Shown: positions 11,001 through 18,050 of the stretch, in pieces
Numbering within the stretch: the stretch's first letter is position 1
Layout: each line of letters opens with the position of its first letter
From: Andalucia godoyi And28
Taxonomy: Eukaryota > Protista > Jakobida
Assembly: GCA_009859145.1 (NCBI GenBank)
Contig: VRVR01000003.1
Coordinates: 469,121 to 533,120 of the forward strand
DNA length: 64,000 bases
Reading direction: 5' to 3'
Notes under the pieces: model-generated
The model's database searches: none
The model's input: the letters and a program-made list of their open reading frames with translations, nothing else
Told to the model about the DNA's origin: nothing
Program-made: the position numbers and the translations under genes

Positions 11001-12692
11001 AGTCGTCCCAAACGACCCAAACGGTTTCTGCTCGGCAGTGGTCCCGAACGACAATGCTGGTTTCTGTTCGGCAGTCGTCCCAAACGACAATGCTGGTTTC
11101 TGCTCGGCAGTGGTCCCAAACGACAATGCTGGCTCTTGCTGCTGTTGCCCAAAACTGACACTAGCAGGACTCTGCTCAACTGCCGGAACTGCAGGAAGAG
11201 CAGCACGAGACAGATTCTGGTAGTTGCCCGCGGTCTTCTTCGCTTCCTCCGATTCCGATTGCAGCGGCTCCAGTGTTGCTATTCTAGAAGAAATCGTGTT
11301 TAGTAAAGCATCTGAAGAAGCAGAAGGTGAATGGTCCAGTGCGTCCAGTGACGCTGATCCTGAAGAAAGTTTCAGAATAGAAGACCCCACGGTAGAAGTG
11401 CACAGCATTCCAGGAGACCAATGAAGCGTCGGGGCCATCTTCCGCAGAATCAAAGACATGTTCAGCCATTCTTCTTGTTCTTCTTGAGAGAACTTGCAAA
11501 TGACAGCCCAGGATCGAATTGTCCCGGATGCACACAGAGCCAAAAAGAAAGGCTGCGGAGGTCGGGACGCATCCTCATCTTGCATTGGAGGGAACTCAAA
11601 TTGAGACGTTAAATCCAAGCAACAACTCTTCAAGGGATCTGCAACATCGTCTGCAAAGAACCCAATTTCTTCATCATCCTCTTTTCCAATGATTCTCTTG
11701 ATCGTCCCGTCGGCAACGCGCATATAAGACATTCTGGAAAGATTTGGAAGACCAACAAAGATAAATCCAAAAGGCGGGAGAAAACTGATCACCGGGACGA
11801 ATGGTCGAACCACTCTCGCTCCGTCCACCTTGTCAAATCCTTCGACAAAATCGTAAATATCAAATAACATGTTACCGTCAACGGAAAACGTTCCATCAGG
11901 ATGCAAATCAAATGACGCCAATTGCGGTGCGTATTCAAGCTCGTCGTCATCATCGAATGCCCACGCAAGTGACAGCAAAACCAATGACCTTGTGACGAAA
12001 TAAACATGGAATACAAAGGATGGCTCAGCTTCAAATGACAAGGAAGCAGAGTCGATCATTTCGCCAGAGCTGTTCAGCATAAACAAACGGTTTGAAGACG
12101 ATACTGCTACCAACCGTCCGTCGAGTCCCGAAATGCCCACAATTTTCTCTGAATTTTCAATCTGGGGCAGCTGCATTACCGTGTATGTCTTCCCACTCGC
12201 GGTCCCTCGAAGAACACCATCCTCGTTCGATACAACGAAAAACACGTCATCCGATGACCATGTTGCAGTTGTAATCCTCGACGCTGCAACATCAAATTGA
12301 TATTCAGGAACAAGACCACCGCCAAGCACAAGCGTATCCACAGAAAACACAGCAACAGAATGCTCGCAAAAGAGAAGAATCCGAGACTCAGAAGGAGAGA
12401 TGATGAATGATTCCAACCGGTTTGAATCCGTGCATCCCATTGAAGCAAGCTTCTCTAAAACACTTGGCTGGTTGAATGCGCTTGATTTTGCTGTGGAAAA
12501 CACGTCAATTCCTTGCGAACTGCACGTCAAAAGCACAGATCGAGACTGCAGAACACCCATTACTTGGGTGCCGCGAATTCGAGGGCATGCGACGGGCGCT
12601 GTTCGACATTCTGCCAGCGATTTGTGCTTCACAGCTTTCCATCGAGGTTCTGGTACTTCTGATTTTGAGTCGCGTAGCACAAACTTCTTCAT
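8049..12692 (-). CDS. NUP214: FG-repeat nucleoporin, Nup214/Nup159-like
   Basis: N-terminal beta-propeller-like region, SFG repeat block, central coiled coil and C-terminal FG/xxFG repeats. The probable start is MKKFVLRDS at 12692. Confidence 0.75.
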   Translation of the reverse strand: MKKFVLRDSKSEVPEPRWKAVKHKSLAECRTAPVACPRIRGTQVMGVLQSRSVLLTCSSQGIDVFSTAKSSAFNQPSVLEKLASMGCTDSNRLESFIISPSESRILLFCEHSVAVFSVDTLVLGGGLVPEYQFDVAASRITTATWSSDDVFFVVSNEDGVLRGTASGKTYTVMQLPQIENSEKIVGISGLDGRLVAVSSSNRLFMLNSSGEMIDSASLSFEAEPSFVFHVYFVTRSLVLLSLAWAFDDDDELEYAPQLASFDLHPDGTFSVDGNMLFDIYDFVEGFDKVDGARVVRPFVPVISFLPPFGFIFVGLPNLSRMSYMRVADGTIKRIIGKEDDEEIGFFADDVADPLKSCCLDLTSQFEFPPMQDEDASRPPQPFFLALCASGTIRSWAVICKFSQEEQEEWLNMSLILRKMAPTLHWSPGMLCTSTVGSSILKLSSGSASLDALDHSPSASSDALLNTISSRIATLEPLQSESEEAKKTAGNYQNLSRAALPAVPAVEQSPASVSFGQQQQEPALSFGTTAEQKPALSFGTTAEQKPALSFGTTAEQKPFGSFGTTAEQKPALSFGTTAEQKPALSFGTTAEQKPFGSFGTTAEQKPALSFGTTAEQKPALSFGTTAEQKPFGSFGTTAEQKPFGSFGTTAEQKPALSFGTTAEQKPALSLGTTAEQKPLPSFAASTSSSRKTEKPSSQSVSAPQHVKISPGFEACKTAAAEFGRAFGSTPRDLENIVDAFISNGLQLIHDTRVKCEAELREHQLSYANVSGENMGPLRASSVEDLEGRLQELEDLLRKREAPRVSSLRIRASSFSSAEHAFVDDSLRLTERVSCLRTLINEIFVELELCCPANDALSLQRKEDKIARLYRIAQDRFSSSRNMLDYVKELKIRVDKLWQARQKAASIRGKTRYGLPDLSLLNLHASSPSRATFSPGQISKVDRIAATVGRAAGADLPPARTRWRRLDSVQQIVQSSPSIVIAKVSQQMMPLQPTGSSKQANVSSSIVTGGKMEDTNSDSHSASQKRQQTSLSLRSASTAGAGPIGPQKQSVEGSNMLGTKSPAPQFLKSTATDTQPQQTNAIAESSKIPTTLTTNSVFSFPSKPDASGGAIATETTSSGTGSKIASEFTQGKKDHFSAPSVVNSSQISGETLLPKNPSADSSVFSAFTFPQPAAFGQPEKKPALELSGAKKDAPASLSFAQPAAFGQPEKKPALELSGAKKDAPASLSFAQPAAFGQPEKKPALELSGAKKDAPASLSFAQPAAFGQPEKKPALELSGAKKDSVASNHADTQATGLSAPGFALGLSLHTDLQPLASGQGLGAGNAFAQTSSFGFGAPSLPPKQVESPFQNSSGQNVLQPSSFSAFGQGSSLSSVSNSGFGSGAAAFGAPPAVPSGASSATGSSSLSGFAAGPQPSAFGSSGFGGPAKIGRSSNPFGPVSSAPTNNTTSTAVAAGAGFASFAANPGFSGSGNAFLQASGNSSIPASGSQSGTFGQQSNAFGQQPSAFGQQPSGFGQQPSQPSSFGTGFSAFGTQGGFGSQQPSGSGGFGR
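8854..9190 (-). repeat. 90-bp coding tandem repeat (~3.7 copies)
   Basis: Near-identical units encoding FAQPAAFGQPEKKPALELSGAKKDAPASLS. Confidence 0.95.
10665..11132 (-). repeat. 36-bp coding tandem repeat, 13 copies, two variants
   Basis: Contiguous units with no spacers, encoding PALSFGTTAEQK or PFGSFGTTAEQK. Confidence 0.95.
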
Positions 12693-13159
12693 CGAATAGA
12701 TCGTATCTGAATGTAAATTTAGCAAGAAAGTCTTCTTTTTCTCCCTAGCGACCAAAACAAATAATAACGCAAATGAAAAATGAAAAATGAAAAATGAAAA
12801 AAGAAGAAGAAAAATGAAGAGAAAAAAAAAATGAAGAGAAAATGAGAATAAAGGCAAAACAGCGCGAGGAATGCCCAACTTGCCACGATGCTTTTTGGAT
12901 TCCAGACATCAAACTACGATCGCCGCCGCAGTGATGACCTCACATGAGGCCGAAATGGGGGAAGTGTGCGCTGTACGGACTCAACTAGTCACAAGCTTAA
13001 CGGAAACAGAATCATCACATTTTATTAAAATTCAACATGTTACTTTTCATTAATTTACTTTTGTGGGTTTCCTTCTGTTCATATTTCACGCAGCGTGTTT
13101 CTAGTCACAGCAGTGTGTCGATCTTTTTTCCTCACCCCACCCAAAAAAGAGGAGGAATT

Positions 13160-15619
13160 ATGGGTGCTGATTATGGAGATTCCGGTCTCGGCTCCGGTTC
13201 CGGCGGCACTTGGACGTCTGCAAATGCTCTTCAAAACGATCCTTATTTCTCGAGCACCGTTTCGTCCTCTGTGAATCGAAATCCAGCAGCCCATGAGTCG
13301 TCTGACAGTCTGCTCTCTCTAGCGGCGTCCTCTGCAACAAGCCGGAAAGGACATGTTCTTGGGGATCAGTTCGTTTCCAAAACACAGCTCAAGACAGCAA
13401 AGGATTTTATAAAGGCGTTGGAAAAGCCAGGTTCGCAGCCGGCTCCGTCTCTCAACTCCATTCAGTCGTCTAAATGGGAGAAGGCCGCGAAGCTTGCGAG
13501 TCTGGCTGCGAAGCAAGGTGTTGTGATGGGGGCTGCTCCAAAGCCGATGCCGGTGATTCGGGACGATGATGAGACCTCGGATAAAGGATGGGGCGATCTG
13601 TCATCGGGTGAAGAAGATCGGGAGAATCGAAAGATTCAAGAAAAAGTGATCAATTCGTTCAAGAGGTCCGCGAACAACAGCATTATGGGGACATCGGGAG
13701 CCGCGGGACATGTACTTTCAAAATCGACTTCGCATGGCGGCGGGTCTGCGACTGCGTCGAATGTTTCCACTGCGGAGTCGCTGAGTGCTTCGGAGCCCAA
13801 GAAGGCGACTTCATCGATGTGGAAAAACGCTGCGGAGCTTGCAAAACTGTCTGCCAAATACGGAGTCATAACTGCGGGACCAAGATCTCCGTCAACCGTG
13901 GAGTCTTCTCTGTCCATTGAGGACAGCAAAGATTGGGGGGACGTTGACTCGTCGTCTGACCAAAGTGACACGCAGCCCAAGCTAAAAATGGTTGTTGCAA
14001 AGGGTGACTGGGATGATTCCGAAGAAGATGAGGTGTCTGGGGGAAAGCCCTCTCCGGTCCCCGTTGTAGCAGGTAGCGCTGGAACAGGAAAATCGAACAT
14101 TGCAGCCATGCTTCCGTCTTCCATTCTGTCCCAATTCAATGTCCAGTCGATCAAAAGCCTTGATTCCCGAGAGTCTTCTCCCGTGGTTGCAAACAAGAGT
14201 TCAAGCTCGTCCTCGGGTATGGCATTCAGTCAACAGCCGGTCGATATCAGCGTTGATAGCAGCGCAAAGGATTGGGGAGATTCATCCGTTGAATCCGATG
14301 TCGAAATGATCACCACTCAAGCTGTGCTTTCCCAGAAAAGGGAGGCCAAGAACGATTTCGATCAACCTTCAATCCCGAGAGTCCGTCAAGATCAAAATTG
14401 GACGTCTCCACAGATATCTCATATTGCGGAGAAAACAGAGCCACAGCCAGGAAGCAAGCAGCCAGTTGCACGCCCGTCGCTTGTGGCTTCCATTGCTTCC
14501 AAAACCGCCGAAAACACATCGGGGCTCTCCAGTTCTCAAAAGAGCGCGTCTGAATCTGGAAATCTGTTTTCGTCCACCAAAACAGTCATTCACCGCCCGA
14601 TTTTCCCTGCAGCACCTGCGCGAACATCTCCTTCACCCAGGCCCTCCTCTCCTGTATCTGTCCGAACACCCTCAACGGCCCCAATGGATGAAGAATCCGT
14701 CGAGGAGATTGTCTCAGAAGTCGGAGAATCTGTGAATCATTCCCGCATGAACGCGCAGTATGAGGATGATGGCAGTATCCGCAGCTTGCGACAGTCACAA
14801 AAATCCTTCTTGGGACTAGATAAGCAACAGGATCGCTCCGATGTTGACAGTGAGAGCCTATCGCACTCACAGAATTATGAACAGGATTTTGAGTCCTTTG
14901 CTTCGGGAAGTGAAAAGTCTCCAGCAGCGATCGGCATTCCCGCTCTGCGCCTGTCGAATGCCAATCTTGCGATGGAGGACAGGCGGCATAGTACGGCATC
15001 CACGCTTCCTGGGTCCGCGCCGTCTTCTGCGCGTCGCTCCCATCGAAAAGAAAAGTCGTCTTTTCGTCCTGCTGTCGACAAGATCGATGGAATGGAAATG
15101 TTTGAGCGTCTAGTCGAGGAAATGAGGCACCATCTGGAAAATCCGACGGTCTCTCCCGCGTCTCTTGCATCGCGCCATTATGGGCAGGATATGTTGTCGC
15201 AGTCTTTGCTGCAGAAAGATGTGCTGCGGAATATGGCGTTCCAGGTGCCGGTAATGATCGCTTCCCACACAATGTTCGACATGCAGATCCAGTCCCTGCG
15301 TCGAGATTACGAAAATTTGAAACGAAGATATGCCGAGGATCTCATGTCCGAGCTTCTGACTTCCAAGAAATCCAAATCGCGCTCACGAAAGGAAGAGCCT
15401 GCCTACACTTCGTACGACAAGACGATGAAATTTCTGAAACGAAACAAGCCAAAAGTCCTAAGCTGGAAAGAAGCTGTTCGTCTTGTGGAAGATGAAGACC
15501 CTTCGCTCAAACAGGTCCCTCTCACCGTCCGCTGCCCCTCCTCCTCCTCCTCCTCCTTCACCACCTCATCAACAACAACAACAACTTCTAGGAGGCCGCT
15601 GCCACTTATTGCGATATGA
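13160..15619 (+). CDS. Ser-rich disordered protein with C19orf44/DUF4614-like C-terminus
   Basis: ATG 13160 (MGADYGDSG). The C-terminal AYTSYDKTMKFLKRNKPKVLSWKEAVRLV resembles the YTTLEETKEYI..HRP..L..EEAL motif of DUF4614. The last 7 residues come from a dispersed repeat. Confidence 0.7.
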   Translation: MGADYGDSGLGSGSGGTWTSANALQNDPYFSSTVSSSVNRNPAAHESSDSLLSLAASSATSRKGHVLGDQFVSKTQLKTAKDFIKALEKPGSQPAPSLNSIQSSKWEKAAKLASLAAKQGVVMGAAPKPMPVIRDDDETSDKGWGDLSSGEEDRENRKIQEKVINSFKRSANNSIMGTSGAAGHVLSKSTSHGGGSATASNVSTAESLSASEPKKATSSMWKNAAELAKLSAKYGVITAGPRSPSTVESSLSIEDSKDWGDVDSSSDQSDTQPKLKMVVAKGDWDDSEEDEVSGGKPSPVPVVAGSAGTGKSNIAAMLPSSILSQFNVQSIKSLDSRESSPVVANKSSSSSSGMAFSQQPVDISVDSSAKDWGDSSVESDVEMITTQAVLSQKREAKNDFDQPSIPRVRQDQNWTSPQISHIAEKTEPQPGSKQPVARPSLVASIASKTAENTSGLSSSQKSASESGNLFSSTKTVIHRPIFPAAPARTSPSPRPSSPVSVRTPSTAPMDEESVEEIVSEVGESVNHSRMNAQYEDDGSIRSLRQSQKSFLGLDKQQDRSDVDSESLSHSQNYEQDFESFASGSEKSPAAIGIPALRLSNANLAMEDRRHSTASTLPGSAPSSARRSHRKEKSSFRPAVDKIDGMEMFERLVEEMRHHLENPTVSPASLASRHYGQDMLSQSLLQKDVLRNMAFQVPVMIASHTMFDMQIQSLRRDYENLKRRYAEDLMSELLTSKKSKSRSRKEEPAYTSYDKTMKFLKRNKPKVLSWKEAVRLVEDEDPSLKQVPLTVRCPSSSSSSFTTSSTTTTTSRRPLPLIAI

Positions 15620-15785
15620 TGAAGCAATCTAAAGCGCACGTAAAAACAAAAAAAAAACACTGCAACGCGCCATGCGCATGCGTTTGCTATCTTAGCAACT
15701 CCGTCACACGATGCCCGATTTGTTTCGCCCCATTATGATCATGAAATCCCTATAAACACGCAGCCGCGTTGCACTATGCATGTTG
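15596..15785 (+). mobile_element. Dispersed repeat, putative 5' end of a Fanzor2/TnpB-derived non-autonomous element (copy A)
   Basis: The first 58 nt are identical to 51350-51407, with high similarity for a further ~120 nt. The copy at 51350 continues into a RuvC-I remnant. Confidence 0.75.
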
Positions 15786-15793
15786 TTGGGTTG

Positions 15794-15967
15794 CAGCATT
15801 GATTATGGGTGATCAGCAATGATCATCCGTGGTTAGTGAACAATGCTGGCGTAGCTCTCGCGTCTGTACAGTAATATCCGCATAACCTGTATCTGATGTA
15901 ATACATCCCGTCGAGAAAACCCGAAAGTCCGAAAGCCTCGGATTTCCGCCCGAATTGCGTTTTCTCG
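15794..15967 (+). ncRNA. Candidate structured RNA of unknown class
   Basis: An 11-bp stem with a GCAA loop (15805-15830) sits inside CAGCATTG/CAATGCTG. A second domain CGAGAAAAC/GTTTTCTCG (15912-15967) encloses an 8-bp hairpin. Confidence 0.4.
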
Positions 15968-16177
15968 CCCAATGGGAAAGCTGCTCCGCAACCTCTTTTG
16001 TTCGTTCTTCGTCGTCCGTATTTTTCACTATTGTTCATGTTCGTTTTTATTTTATTTATTCATTATACATATTTTTTATTTTGTTGAATTGATTATCCGT
16101 ATAATTCTTCTCCCGCCCCTTTCCTGGTCTGTGTGTCTTTTTTGTACTGTTGGATACCAACAAAAAAGGGTTGTTGA

Positions 16178-16822
16178 ATGCGGCCGTCTCTGTTGTTTGC
16201 ATTCTTTGCAGCAGCTGCATTGGTGTGCACTGCGCTTGCCATGGACTCGAACCAGCAGCCAATTCCTGCAAAGTACGGTTCGTCGACGATTGGGAATCCT
16301 GCAGCGCCTCTTATTCTTGAGATGCACGGAGACTTGCTGTGTCCGGACTGCCGCGATGCATGGCTCAATGTTATTTCTGTTCTTGTGAATGAGTATGCAC
16401 CGAAGAACCAGCTCTTCTTTGTCTATCACGTCACTCCGCTGCCGTTCCACACGTGGTCGCATACCGCTGCGTGGGCTGCCTACACGTGCGAGGCGGTCAA
16501 GCCCGGTGTATTTCATGACTTTGCCGATGCCGTCTATGCAGTGCAGGACTCGTTCTCGAACAATGCCACGGCTGCCATGAACGTCGGACAAGTGGTTTCG
16601 ATGCTTGGTGCGGTCTGCAACCAGTTTGGAGTGTCGACTGCAGACTTCATGTCTGAATTCAAGAACCCTGCACATGATATGCAGGCCCGCGTGTCGTGGA
16701 AGGTTGGAATGGCAAGAGGCGTCTTCGGAACTCCAATGTTCTTTTTGAATGGAGTGCGCGTTTTGGACCAAGACTTTGTTCTCCAGGACTGGAGAAACCT
16801 CCTTGACTCACTTCTCAACTAG
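16178..16822 (+). CDS. Secreted DsbA/thioredoxin-fold oxidoreductase
   Basis: Signal peptide, active site DLLCPDC, HVTPLPFH, and cis-Pro loop GVFGTPMFFLNG. Confidence 0.9.
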   Translation: MRPSLLFAFFAAAALVCTALAMDSNQQPIPAKYGSSTIGNPAAPLILEMHGDLLCPDCRDAWLNVISVLVNEYAPKNQLFFVYHVTPLPFHTWSHTAAWAAYTCEAVKPGVFHDFADAVYAVQDSFSNNATAAMNVGQVVSMLGAVCNQFGVSTADFMSEFKNPAHDMQARVSWKVGMARGVFGTPMFFLNGVRVLDQDFVLQDWRNLLDSLLN

Positions 16823-17181
16823 TTCTCCACACACACTCTCGTCATCCTCTGACTTCCTGCCTGCCCCTTCGCAGTCTGTTTGACTCTCGATCGCCCATTC
16901 CACACGATACGCCCAACAATCAAGAAGATTCGCAGCAGTATCATGGAATAGTAAAAAAACGAAGAAAATTCTTGGCGCATACATGTTAAGTCTTGGATGC
17001 ACCTCTGGCCATCTCTCCCAAGTACAAATCTCCATCGTACCTGCACCATAGTCCAACGGCCACCGACAGGCTTGTCCGTGCTGAAGTTGCACTCGGTCCT
17101 TCTTCTGCTGTAAACGCAGTTCCGGGATGCTGCTAAAAACCAATAATAAAAAATAATAAAAAGAGTCCAACAATGCCAATG

Positions 17182-17290
17182 CCTGCATTATACCCTGAAC
17201 ATGCATATCTACGAATAGACATGCATATTCAATCCTGCATCCCGTTGCCGGGAAGGGGATCGGCCCCAACACGCCTCACGGCGTTCTTCA
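17182..17290 (-). ncRNA. omegaRNA-like scaffold at the element right end
   Basis: Four consecutive hairpins overlap the ORF 3' end: GUGA loop (17271-17284), GGGG/CCCC (17255-17267), GCAA loop (17240-17253), and a 15-bp stem with UUCG loop (17197-17230). Confidence 0.7.
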
Positions 17291-17483
17291 GATAAATGTT
17301 CCGCGCTCCGTTCCCAATCTCGATCAATCGGTGAGCCACGTTCTCGGCGTGACACGGTGTTCCTGAGAAGAGGCGCATTTTGATTCTGACGGCCCTAGCA
17401 GCAGGCGCTTTCGTGTCCGCAGTTGCAGCGATTGATGCAACTGGAGATACGAGGGTAGGAAGAGGCGGTCGGCGTAGTGACAC
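17229..17483 (-). pseudogene. Fanzor2/TnpB C-terminal remnant (zinc knuckle + RuvC-III), copy B
   Basis: Correcting a 1-nt deletion (~17339) and a 1-nt insertion (17313) gives C-HAEN-C-GSP-IDRDWNGARNIYLKN, the DRDxNGARNI RuvC-III motif. Confidence 0.8.
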
Positions 17484-18050
17484 GCGGTCTCTTAGGAGGT
17501 CTGCGGGACCTAGGAGGCCCTGTATCGAGCGGCGTAGGCGCAGGCGAATGCGTCATCCCAGCGCACCCATGCCCATATTTGAATTAAAAAATGAAACCAA
17601 AAAAGTGAAACCAACGAATGATAGAATAGATGGCTATGGATGCTGCGTTAAAGAGTGTCGAAAAAGCGGAGCCTGTGTCACAGGCTGAATTTTGGCCGAG
17701 CGTGCGTAAGCACGGATTCCTGTGAAACCAAATGTGCTCGTGTCGGCCAGTATCGACGGTGTCTGTATGCATGACAATCACGTGTTATTATTCAACGGCG
17801 TTGTGCTTCTGTCCTGCCTTCTTCGTTTGAGATTAAGATAAAGAAGAGCTTGTTGGGGGGTTCTTTGGGTTTTGAGATTTGTCATAAAACACTGATTCTG
17901 AAAGCGCTGCTTTAAAATTGGTTCTAGGCACAAGCCACGTGCTGTGCGCTTCCATAGTCTCGTTACGTTGTTGTCGTTCTGATTATTATCAAAAATTGAT
18001 TAATTTATTATTGTTTCGATTTCTTCACCTTTTCTTCTTCTTCGGGTGCG

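Noticed and set aside
10665-11132. 36-bp repeats as a CRISPR array
   Set aside because: The units are contiguous with no unique spacers, lie in frame inside a nucleoporin, and have no cas genes nearby.
15786-15990. Group I intron (IStron), hammerhead, RNase P/MRP or snRNA identity for the structured region
   Set aside because: Only partial words are present (AATTGCG, ATCCGCA, CTGATG, GAAAGTCC), in the wrong order or without partner elements.
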